Source: Ylistrum balloti (Eukaryota). Taken from it: a stretch of DNA of 64,000 nucleotides. Below, piece after piece: positions 26,501 through 38,602 of the stretch (the first letter of the stretch is position 1; the number at the start of each line of letters is the position of its first letter). The DNA is taken from NCBI RefSeq assembly GCF_031769215.1, contig NW_026782720.1, forward strand, positions 248,001-312,000. The letters are read 5' to 3'. The translations under genes and the position numbers were made by a program. The notes under the pieces are model-generated. The model did no database searches, was not told the DNA's origin, and saw nothing but the letters and a program-made list of their open reading frames with translations.

Positions 26501-29500
26501 ATGATGAACCTATCGTTATTTATCTGTAGTGGACACTGATATATCACGTCCATTAACCTAGCATTCATCATTGCCTGCAGTGGAGAACTTCCTTAAATAT
26601 CACCTCGATACACCTCTTTTGTGACCACGGTAATGGCCACCACCATAAAACTCTTTTGTGATCACGGTAATGGCCACCACCATTAAACTCTTTTGTGATC
26701 ACGGTAATGCCACCACCATTAAACTCTTTTGTGATCACGGTAATGGCCACCACCATTAAACTCTTTGGTGATCACGGTAATGGCCACCACCATTAAACTC
26801 TTTTGTGATCACGGTAATGGCCACCACCATTAAACTCTTTGGTGATCACGGTAATGGCCACCATCATTAAACTCTTTTGTGATCACGGTAATGGCCACCA
26901 CCATTAAACTCTTTTGTGATCACGGTAATGGCCACCATCATAAAACTCTTTTGGTGATCACGGTAATGGCCACCATCATAAAACTCTTTTGGTGATCACG
27001 GTAATGCCACCACCATAAAACTCTTTGGTGATCACGGTAATGGCCACCACCATTAAACTCTTTTGTGATCACGGTAATGGCCACCATCATAAAACTCTTT
27101 TGTGATCACGGTAATGGCCACCACCATTAAACTCTTTTGGTGATCACGGTAATGCCACCACCATAAAACTCTTTGGTGATCACGGTAATGGCCACCACCA
27201 TTAAACTCTTTTGTGATCACGGTAATGGCCACCACCATTAAACTCTTTGGTGATCACGGTAATGGCCACCATCATTAAACTCTTTTGTGATCACGGTAAT
27301 GGCCACCACCATTAAACTCTTTTGTGATCACGGTAATGGCCACCATCATAAAACTCTTTTGGTGATCACGGTAATGGCCACCATCATAAAACTCTTTTGG
27401 TGATCACGGTAATGCCACCACCATAAAACTCTTTGGTGATCACGGTAATGGCCACCACCATTAAACTCTTTTGTGATCACGGTAATGGCCACCATCATAA
27501 AACTCTTTTGTGATCACGGTAATGGCCACCACCATTAAACTCTTTTGGTGATCACGGTAATGCCACCACCATAAAACTCTTTGGTGATCACGGTAATGGC
27601 CACCACCATTAAACTCTTTTGTGATCACGGTAATGGCCACCACCATTAAACTCTTTGGTGATCACGGTAATGGCCACCATCATTAAACTCTTTTGTGATC
27701 ACGGTAATGGCCACCACCATTAAACTCTTTTGTGATCACGGTAATGGCCACCATCATAAAACTCTTTTGGTGATCACGGTAATGGCCACCATCATAAAAC
27801 TCTTTTGGTGATCACGGTAATGCCACCACCATAAAACTCTTTGGTGATCACGGTAATGGCCACCACCATTAAACTCTTTTGTGATCACGGTAATGCCACC
27901 ACCATTAAACTCTTTTGTGATCACGGTAATGGCCACCACCATTAAACTCTTTGGTGATCACGGTAATGGCCACCACCATTAAACTCTTTTGTGATCACGG
28001 TAATGGCCACCACCATTAAACTCTTTGGTGATCACGGTAATGGCCACCACCATTAAACTCTTTTGTGATCACGGTAATGGCCACCACCATTAAACTCTTT
28101 TGTGATCACGGTAATGGCCACCATCATAAAACTCTTTTGGTGATCACGGTAATGGCCACCATCATAAAACTCTTTTGGTGATCACGGTAATGCCACCACC
28201 ATAAAACTCTTTGGTGATCACGGTAATGGCCACCACCATTAAACTCTTTTGTGATCACGGTAATGGCCACCACCATTAAACTCTTTTGGTGATCACGGTA
28301 ATGCCACCACCATAAAACTCTTTGGTGATCACGGTAATGGCCACCACCATAAAACTCTTTTGTGATCACGGTAATGGCCACCACCATTAAACTCTTTTGT
28401 GATCACGGTAATGCCACCACCATTAAACTCTTTTGTGATCACGGTAATGGCCACCACCATTAAACTCTTTGGTGATCACGGTAATGGCCACCGCCATTAA
28501 ACTCTTTGGTGATCACGGTAATGGCCACCACCATTAAACTCTTTGGTGATCACGGTAATGGCCACCACCATTAAACTCTTTTGTGATCACGGTAATGGCC
28601 ACCACCATTAAACTCTTTTGTGATCACGGTAATGGCCACCATCATAAAACTCTTTTGGTGATCACGGTAATGGCCACCATCAAAAAACTCTTTTGGTGAT
28701 CACGGTAATGCCACCACCATAAAACTCTTTCGTGATCACGGTAATGGCCACCACCATTAAACTCTTTTGATCACGGTAATGGCCACCATCATTAAACTCT
28801 TTTGGTGATCACGGTAATGCCACCACCATAAAACTCTTTGGTGATCACGGTAATGGCCACCACCATTAAACTCTTTTGTGATCACGGTAATGGCCACCAT
28901 CATAAAACTCTTTTGTGATCACGGTAATGGCCACCACCATAAAACTCTTTTGTGATCACGGTAATGGCCACCACCATTAAACTCTTTGGTGATCACGGTA
29001 ATGGCCACCACCATTAAACTCTTTTGTGATCACGGTAATGGCCACCATCATAAAACTCTTTTGGTGATCACGGTAATGCCACCACCATAAAACTCTTTGG
29101 TGATCACGGTAATGGCCACCACCATTAAACTCTTTTGTGATCACGGTAATGGCCACCACCATAAAACTCTTTGGTGATCACGGTAATGGCCACCACCATA
29201 AAACTCTTTTGTGATCACGGTAATGAGTATGACTACTTTCCGACGTCTTTTGAGATGGCGGTAATGTTAATGACTACTTTCCGACGTCTTTTGAGATGGC
29301 GGTAATGTTAATGACTACTTTCCGACGTCTTTTGAGATGGCGGTAATGTTAATGACTACTTTCCGACGTCTTTTTAGATGGCGGTAATGTTAATGACTAC
29401 TTTCCGACGTCTTTTGAGATGGCGGTAATGTTAATGACTACTTTCAGACGTCTTTTGAGATGGCGGTAATGAGTATGACTACTTTCCGTCGTGTTTTGAG

Positions 29501-32500
29501 ATGGCGGTAATGTTAATGACTACTTTCCGGCGTCTTTTGAGATGGCGGTAATGTTAATGACTACTTTCCGACGTCTTTTGAGATGGCGGTAATGTTAATG
29601 ACTACTTTCCGACGTCTTTTGAGATGGCGGTAATGTTAATGACTACTTTCCGACGTCTTTTGTGATGGCGGTAATGTTAATGACTACTTTCCGACGTCTT
29701 TTGAGATGGCGGTAATGTTAATGACTACTTTCCGACGTCTTTTGAGATGGCGGTAATGTTAATGACTACTTTCCGACGTCTTTTGAGATGGCGGTAATGT
29801 TAATGACTACTTTCCGACGTCTTTTGAGATGGCGGTAATGTTAATGACTACTTTCCGGCGTCTTTTGAGATGGCGGTAATGTTAATGACTACTTTCCGAC
29901 GTCTTTTGAGATGGCGGTAATGAGTATGACTACTTTCCGTCGTGTTTTGAGATGGCGGTAATGTTAATGACTACTTTCCGACGTCTTTTGAGATGGCGGT
30001 AATGTTAATGACTACTTTCCGACGTCTTTTGAGATGGCGGTAATGTTAATGACTACTTTCCGACGTCTTTTGAGATGGCGGTAATGTTAATGACTACTTT
30101 CCGGCGTCTTTTGAGATGGCGGTAATGTTAATGACTACTTTCCGACGTCTTTTGAGATGGCGGTAATGAGTATGACTACTTTCCGACGTCTTTTGAGATG
30201 GCGGTAATGTTAATGACTACTTTCCGACGTCTTTTGAGATGGCGGTAATGAGTATGACTACTTTCCGACGTCTTTTGAGATGGCGGTAATGTTAATGACT
30301 ACTTTCCGACGTCTTTTGAGATGGCGGTAATGTTAATGACTACTTTCAGACGTCTTTTGAGATGGCGGTAATGAGTTTGACTACTTTCCGACGTCTTTTG
30401 AGATGGCGGTAATGTTAATGACTACTTTCCGACGTCTTTTGAGATGGCGGTAATGTTAATGACTACTTTCCGACGTCTTTTTAGATGGCGGTAATGTTAA
30501 TGACTACTTTCCGACGTCTTTTGAGATGGCGGTAATGTTAATGACTACTTTCCGACGTCTTTTGAGATGGCGGTAATGATTATGACTACTTTCCGACGTG
30601 TTTTGAGATGGCGGTAATGTTAATGACTACTTTCCGACGTCTTTTGAGATGGCGGTAATGAGTATGACTACTTTCCGACGTCTTTTGAGATGGCGGTAAT
30701 GTTAATGACTACTTTCCGACGTCTTTTGAGATGGCGGTAATGCTATTGACTATTTCTTAATATCTTTCGAGGTCATGACGAATGAGCTGGGGAACATTAC
30801 TTTAAGAGAAGACTTTTGTCACCAGCCCTGGTTGCAAAGGGTTCCCCGTATTTTCGTTTTGAGTTATTTTTAGTCAGGCATTACCTATGTCTGACTTTTG
30901 ACATATAGAAGTTTCAGAGCGCTGACTTTTGCTTCACTAAGCAAATCATTTTCCATATTTCAAAGCGGAGGGATAGTGATGGAAAAAGTGTTTTGATTTA
31001 AAGGTAATTGTCATAAATATGCCAAATACTGCATTGAAATCGATTATAGGTAATTTATAAGGTATTTGATCTTGACCTCTTATGATCTATTTATCTACTT
31101 TTGACGCAACTTTACAGTGTTATCCGATGTGCGAATGAACAGTATACTTCATGCCATTCTTGATACTCCAGGGGTTACATTCACTATCGATACTCCAGGG
31201 GTTACGTTCACTATCGATACTCCAGGGGTTACGTTCACTATCGATACTCCAGGGGTTACGTTCACTATCGATACTCCAGGAGTTACGTTCACTATCGATA
31301 CTCCAGGGGTTACGTTCACTATCGATACTCCAGGAGTTACGTTCACTATTGATACTCCAGGAGTTACGTTCACTATCGATACTCCAGGAGTTACGTTCAC
31401 TATCTACACTCCAGGAGTTACGTTCACTATCGATACTCCAGGGGTTACGTTCACTATCGATACTCCAGGGGTTACGTTCACTATCGATACTCCAAGAGTT
31501 ACATTCATTATCGGTACTCCAGGAGTTACGTTCATTATTGATACTCCAGGAGTTACGTTCACTATCGATACTCCAGGAGTTACGTTCACTATCGATACTC
31601 CAGGAGTTACGTTCACTATCGATACTCCAGGAGTTACGTTCACTATCGATACTCCAGGAGTTACGTTCACTATCGATACTCCAGGGGTTACGTTCACTAT
31701 CGATACTCCAGGGGTTACGTTCACTATCGATACTCCAGGGGTTACGTTCACTATCGATACTCCAGGAGTTACGTTCACTATCGATACTCCAGGAGTTACG
31801 TTCACTATTGATACTCCAGGAGTTACGTTCACTATCGATACTCCAGGAGTTACGTTCACTACCGATACTCCAGGAGTTACGTTCATTATCGATACTCCAG
31901 GAGTTACGTTCACTATTGATACTCCAGGAGTTACGTTCACTATCGATACTCCAGGAGTTACGTTCACTATCGATACTCCAGGAGTTACGTTCACTATCGA
32001 TACTCCAGGAGTTACGTTCACTACCGATACTCCAGGAGTTACGTTCACTACCGATACTCCAGGAGTTACGTTCACTATCGATACTTCAGGGGTTACGTTC
32101 ACTATCGATAATCAAGGGGTTACGTTCACTATCGATACTCCAGGGGTTACGTTAACTATCGATATTCCAGGAGTTACGTTCACTATCGATACTCCAGGAG
32201 TTACGTTCACTATTGATACTCCAGGAGTTACGTTCACTACCGATACTCCAGGAGTTACGTTCACTATCTACACTCCAGGAGTTACGTTCACTATCGATAC
32301 TTCAGGGGTTACGTTCACTATCGATAATCAAGGGGTTACGTTCACTATCGATACTCCAGGGGTTACGTTCACTATCGATACTCCAGGAGTTACGTTCACT
32401 ATCGATACTCCAGGAGTTACGTTCACTACCGATACTCCAGGAGTTACGTTCATTATCGATACTCCAGGAGTTACGTTCACTATTGATACTCCAGGAGTTA

Positions 32501-35500
32501 CGTTCACTATCGATACTCCAGGAGTTACGTTCACTATCGATACTCCAGGAGTTACGTTCACTACCGATAATCAAGGGGTTACGTTCACTATCGTATATCT
32601 TGTATAGAATATTCGCAAAACATTCAATAAAAAAACACAAACGATTAAAGAGATGGATGTATTTGTTGTGATTCATTGATCAAACAGCGATGTCCTTTTA
32701 CTATAATTGTTTCCTGTCAGATCAAACTATTCAATGATAATTCCTGACATTTTACTTGAAAATTACATAAAATACCGAGATATCCACTTGAGTTAGGATA
32801 GGATGAGAAAAAAGATGTAAATGAAACAGCTGGTGTGATTTGTGGTGGGCTTGATGTCGTACTACATGGACACTTACTTCCTTCATTGTTCTCACTAAAA
32901 CACTCCCGCACACTCTACTTCTGCCACTTAAACAGTTTCTTCCTCGTTTTTGTCCTATCCTGAATGAAATATTTGTATGTTTCATCATCATCATCATCAA
33001 TGTTAAAACAGCGTCGTCATTTTTCAACACCTGACATTGACATTGACTATTATCATGCCAAACACACCTAATGATGTCAAACACGCCTGTTGACTAATGA
33101 TGTCAAACACGCCTGTTGACTAATGATGTCAAACACGCCTGTTGACAAATGATGCCAAACACGCCTGTTGACAAATGATGTCAAACACGCCTGTTGACTA
33201 ATGATGTCAAACACGCCTGTTGACTAATGATGTCAAACACGCCTGTTGACAAATGATGTCAAACACAGCTGTTGACAAATGATGCCAAACCCGCCTGTTG
33301 ACAAATGATGTCAAACACGCCTGTTGACTAATGATGTCAAACACGCCTGTTGACTAATGATGTCAAACACGCCTGTTGACAAATGATGTCAAACACCCGC
33401 CTGTTGACAAATGATGTCAAACACGCCTGTTGACTAATGATGTCAAACACGCCTGTTGACAAATGATGTCAAACACAGCTGTTGACTAATGATGTCAAAC
33501 ACGCCTGTTGACTAATGATGTCAAACACGCCTGTTGACAAATGATGTCAAACACGCCTGTTGACTAATGATGTCAAACACGCCTGTTGACTAATGATGTC
33601 AAACACGCCTGTTGACAAATGATGTCAAACACGCCTGTTGACAAATGATGTCAAACACACCTGTTGACAAATGATGCCAAACCCGCCTGTTGACAAATGA
33701 TGTCAAACACGCCTGTTGACTAATGATGTCAAACACGCCTGTTGACAAATGATGTCAAACACGCCTGTTGACAAATGATGTCAAACACGCCTGTTAACTA
33801 ATGATGTCAAACACGCCTGTTGACAAATGATGTCAAACACGCCTGTTGACTAATGATGTCAAACACGCCTGTTGACAAATGATGTCAAACACACCTGTTG
33901 ACAAATGATGCCAAACCCGCCTGTTGACAAATGATGTCAAACACGCCTGTTGACTAATGATGTCAAACACGCCTGTTGACTAATGATGCCAAACACACCT
34001 AATGATGTCAAACACGCCTGTTGACAAATGGTGCCAAACACACCTGTGCACAAATGGTGCCAAACACACCTGTTGACAAATGATGCCAAACACACCTGTT
34101 GACTAATGATGCCAAACACACCTAATGATGTCAAACACGTCTGTTGACAAATGGTGCCAAACACACCTGTTGACAAATGGTGCCAAACACACCTGTTGAC
34201 AAATGATGTCAAACACACGCGTTGACTAATGATACCAAACACACCTGTTGACTAATGATGCTAAACACACCTGTTAACTAATTATGCTAAACACGCCTGT
34301 TGACTAAAGATGTTAAACACACCTGTTGACTTAAGATGCCAAACACACCTGTTGACTAAAGATGCCAAACACACCTTTTGACTAATGATGTTAAACACAC
34401 CTGTTGACTAAAGATGCCAAACACACCTGTTGACTAAAGATGCCAAACACACCTTTTGACTAATGTGTCTTCAGTAACACTAAAGGAAGTTGGTATATAT
34501 GAGCCCAAACACTTTTTATCTTCATGACAAAAAGATTAAATATACAGCGCGATCGGTCCAACCTGCCGATAGCCTCTTTGTATATTAAAACGGTTCCTCC
34601 CCCCCCCCAATCGGCCCCCCTCCCCCACCTCCTTGATTGATTGTAGCAATTTACTGTATCATACCAGTTCCAAAACCAACACCATGTAAACAGCCTTCCA
34701 ACTATACTCCAAGAAATAAGACGCTCTGTAAGTCGTATACAAAACTCGGTCTTACTGCGTAAAATGGTTTGATTAACACGTTAAAATGTTTTTGATAAAT
34801 CGATATTCATATTTTATGTTTTCAAACACTTCCTTGTTTATTGATTATTGATAGCGTTAAAAAGATAATGTCACAACAATTCATTGAGATGTTATTTCCC
34901 TGTCTCTATCACTAAATACTCTATCATGAGAGTTACAAACATCCGCCCCTCCTCCCATCAGTTGATAAAACACGTGTAGCGGTGCTGATCATTCAATGAA
35001 ACACAATAATATCTCCTCAATCGCCATTCCTCTCCGGAATATGATATTGCGTGAATTGTTAAGGATCCATACACCGAAATTGGACGAGTATTGTTCAGGA
35101 ATTATTAATGAAATACGGCGAGTGGGCGAGTATTGTAGAGGTACGATTCCTGGAATACGATAAGTGGGCAAATATTGTAAAGGTACGATTCAGGGAAAAC
35201 GGTTAGTGGGCGAGTATTTTAGAGGTACGATTCAGGGAAAACGGTTAGTGGGCGAGTATTGTAGAGGTGCGATTCAGGGAATACGGTTAGTGGGCAAGTA
35301 TTGTAGAGGTGCGATTCAGGGAATACGGTTAGTGGGCGAGTATTGTGGAGGAACGATTCAGGGAATACGGTTAGTGGGCGAGTATTGTGGAGGAACGATT
35401 CGGGGAATACGGTTAGTGGGCGAGTATTGTAAAGGTACGATTCAGGGAATACGGTTAGTGGGCGAGTATTGTAAAGGTACGATTCAGGGAATACGGTTAG

Positions 35501-38500
35501 TAGGCGAGTATTGTGGAGGAACGATTCGGGGAATACGATTACAATTAGTGGGCAAGTATTGTAGAGGTGCGATTCAGGGAATACGGTTAGTGGGCGAGTA
35601 TTGTAGAGGTGCGATTCAGGGAATACGGTTAGTGGGCGAGTATTATAGAGGTACGATTCAGGGAATACGGTTAGTGGGCGAGTATTGTGGAGGTACGATT
35701 CAGGTCGATTGAAACAATGTGTATCACAGATGATCGATTGAAGCAATGAACAATTACGTGCATATAATTTTGATTACTTCCGGACAAAAATAGTTTTTTG
35801 AACTAGAAAAAGTTAAAATGATGTTTTTAATATGGGTGATTGTAATCTTGATTACGTTGACACAACAGATAGCGTTTCGATTAAGAAAGCTGAATTGATG
35901 TGTATGATATGACTTGCTGTCGTAGAATTTCGAGTGTTGTTATGAATACACCCAGTGATTCATTTGTATACATAACGGTGCTGTGTATCGGAAGCAAGCT
36001 TACTCATGTAATCTCTGTACCGGCGGGGAAGAGGTGAAACAATCATTGGCGATGTCGTGTATATCTACAACTCATAACTTTACTATAATAAACCTATGAA
36101 AATTCATCGTACGACAGATTTTAGGAATTTGAACTTTAAATTTTTTTCTGACGAACTAGTCTCCTTGGCGAATTAGCTCATTGTTATGTATAGGTAAAAT
36201 GTGTAATTTCAGTCAGAAATGAATGCGTTTTGAAATTCTAAATGTCGTTTTGAACAAGTTTAACGACTTGCGACTCTGCGCACGATTTCCATGTTTTCTT
36301 GTCTCCTAGTTGACTGGTATAAATGTAGTTGTAAAAGCCACATGTGTAGTATTAGTAAGCCATCACACTTCTCTGTTTTAGATAGTACAATGCTCGACTT
36401 TACATTGGGTTGATAGAAGGGATTATCAACACAATAAAATAAGATATTAAACAAGGCGAAAGTAATTACTGATAAATCCTTGTAACAGAACTTGGACGGT
36501 TGTGTAATTGTACTTTTGTGACCATCCTGGAAAGTATTTTGTGAAAAGTATGTCTAAAGCCAAAATGAAATGATTGAATTTCTCGATGACGATGTAATCG
36601 TTGTGTTTTGTGGTAAGATCTCCTAACAGATTATTTACAATTCCAATCGTAGTTAAAAACAATGTTTCTATTTTGAATTTGCCATTTCTATAAGTAACAA
36701 CAGTGTTTGTCCAGTCCACGGTGTTTTCTTGTCGCCGTTGCTTCTACATTCTAGAGGCTTTTCTTGTGTAATGTAATGTGAATTATGCTCGTTGTTCGTT
36801 CACATACCTGGTTAATTCGTGAACGTGACATCCTTTAGCAACTTGGAATATTCTTTATGCGAGATGTCGCTCACTCTTTTAGAACATGCAAAGGTGTTCC
36901 TGGCAATAGTTTCATCTATACTGGGTGTTTATTCTCTCATTTTTAGCTTACCTGTCCGAAGGGCCAAGTGAGCGGTGTCCGGCATCTGTCAACTTTTACT
37001 AGTCATGAACGACTGAGCGGATTTTAAACAAATTTGGGGAAAGTAAAATCAGATTAATGTAAATGGTAGGCAGGGCCCAACAAGAAAAAAGTTAACCACC
37101 AGATACATTTAGCTCATGTTCACAGCATTGCTTTGCACCATCAACAATCCATCTGGACCTTTGAAACAGTTGCCATCCCCACTGAATGAATATAGCATTG
37201 CCATGCCTGACAAACGGAATTTGAAGCTGTATCTGTGGAGTGAAGATCATCAGGGAAATATTTTCCTACTAAAGAATTTAAAGTTTTGCATTATTGACTT
37301 AAATATCTAGGTGAGCGATACAGACCTTTTGGGTCTCTTGTTCAATGCAAGCATTGGAAAATAAAATTTGTTTTCTTTTTCAGCTGGGCGATCGACCTCA
37401 TTTGAAGTCCCTGTTGAGATGCAATTCAACGGGTGCAAATACAGCATCGGTCTAACGGACACCATCGGATCAGTAAGTATCGTTGAGACACCTGTAAGTA
37501 CCGGAGGCATATCAGTAAATACATTTCCGTGAGACATCAGTAAGTATCGTTGAGACACCTGTAAGTTCCGGAGGTATATCAGTAAATACATTTCCGTGAG
37601 ACATCAGTAAGTATCGTTGAGACACCTGTAAGTTCCGGAGGTATATCAGTAAATACATTTCCGTGAGACATCAGTAAGTATCGTTGAGACACCTGTAAGT
37701 TCCGGAGGTATATCAGTAAATACATTTCTGTGAGACATCAGTAAGTATCGTTGAGACAGCTGTAAGTTCCGGAGGTATATCAGTAGATAAATTTCTGTGA
37801 GACATCAGTAAGTATCGTCGATTTATCAATAAGTAACGTTGAGCTATCAGTAATAAAATTTCCGTGAGACATCAGTAAGTATCGTTGAGACACCTGTAAT
37901 TTCCGGAGGTATATCAGTAGATAAGTTTCTGTGAGACATCAGTAACTTTCGTTGAGACACCTGTAAGTACCGGAGGTATATCAGTAAATACATTCCCGGG
38001 AGACATCAGTAAGTATCGTTGAGACACCTGTAAGTAACGTTGAGTTATCAGTATATATTGGTAAGTATGCACTAAATGCAGCTCTCACATACGTTTGTGT
38101 TGCGAGAAAATGACGTTCAGTTACCCAATTAATTGGAGTCGTCCATTTTTGACACAACGCACACAGTATAGCTAATGGTTTGTTCTTTTCGAAGGATGAG
38201 TACCGGCGGATCCGTGAGCTGTTTACCGTGGGAACAGACATATTCCTAGTGTGTTTTAGTGTGACGGAACCAGACACGCTGAACAATGTCAAACAAAACT
38301 GGCTATCGGAAATCAAAATCCTTGCCCCAAAGGCCACCTTCGTATTAGTCGGTACAAAAACAGACCTTCGAGAGGACGAAAATGTGAAGCAAAAATTAAA
38401 GGAAAAAGACCAAAAAGTAATATCTATTCAAGAAGGAATCAAATGTGCAAAAACCTTCGGAGCAAAAACCTACGTGGAATGTTCAGCATTGAACCAAATT

Positions 38501-38602
38501 GGACTTAAAGAAGTGTTTGAGACCGTTGTGATGGTTACCAGTCCAGAAACCAGCACCCCTCGGAAATCTGGCTCAAATGGTGGACCATGTGTCGTGTCGT
38601 AA
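23579..38602 (+). CDS. Atypical Rho-family small GTPase, 217 aa, RhoU/V-like exon structure, CAAX (CVVS)
   Basis: Exon 1 23579-23735 (G1 GDCGVGKT; donor G|GTAGG), exon 2 37384-37472 (AGRSTSFEVPVEMQFNGCKYSIGLTDTIGS; ttttcag acceptor, GTAAGT donor), exon 3 38195-38602 (DEYRRIR...TDIFLVCFSV...G4 GTKTD, Rho insert, G5 ECSAL, CVVS-stop). Phases 1 and 0 are consistent; total 654 nt. Confidence 0.9.
24240..24366. repeat. ~32-bp tandem repeat x4
   Basis: gtaatcatcaaggtcacatcttattttccgtc units. Confidence 0.8.
25195..25980. repeat. Two old degenerate tandem arrays (~43-bp unit to ~25510, then ~75-bp unit)
   Basis: Recurrent ttttaaccccctacacaacc...tgtaaaattgaat, then agttgcc--gacaac...tgttagaagtattt. 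Confidence 0.6.
26614..29225. repeat. 36-38-bp minisatellite, about 70 copies
   Basis: Unit ctctttt(g)gtgatcacggtaatggccacca(c/t)cat(t/a)aaa. Confidence 0.98.
29226..30742. repeat. 41-bp minisatellite, about 37 copies
   Basis: Unit ggcggtaatgttaatgactactttccgacgtcttttgagat; period 41 (29231 to 29272). Confidence 0.98.
31162..32593. repeat. 27-bp quasi-palindromic minisatellite, about 53 copies
   Basis: Unit gatactccagg(a/g)gttacgttcactatc; no indels, so long ORFs (TPGVTFTID)n and (VTPGVSIVN)n are open on both strands. Confidence 0.98.
33055..34465. repeat. 26-bp minisatellite, about 54 copies, decaying toward the right end
   Basis: Unit aaacacgcctgttgac(t/a)aatgatgtc. Confidence 0.97.
35113..35703. 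repeat. 42-bp minisatellite, about 14 copies
   Basis: Unit gttagtgggcgagtattgtagaggtacgattcagggaatacg. Confidence 0.95.
36940..37342 (+). mobile_element. Short HINE (TTTTAGCTCACCTG-type) just upstream of Rho exon 2
   Basis: 5' ttttagcttacctgtccgaagggccaagtgagc; 3' aggtgagcgatacagaccttttgggtctcttgtt (subterminal inverted repeat plus hairpin plus CTTGTT). Confidence 0.7.
37468..38040. repeat. 67-bp tandem repeat x9 beginning at the Rho exon 2 donor
   Basis: atca|gtaag at 37473, 37540, 37607, 37674, 37741, 37808, 37875, 37942 (gtaact), 38009: an exact +67 period. Confidence 0.93.

Noticed and set aside
26568-34242. Many ORF-track entries (MVVAITVITKEF..., LQELRSLSI..., FGIIS...)
   Set aside because: They are translations of stop-poor minisatellite units, with no splice or composition support.
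26614-35703. Regularly spaced direct repeats that could be mistaken for CRISPR arrays
   Set aside because: Units are contiguous with no unique spacers, there are no cas genes, and the context is a eukaryotic intron.
36447-36719. 90-aa minus-strand ORF in Rho intron 1
   Set aside because: No recognisable motif and no convincing splice sites.
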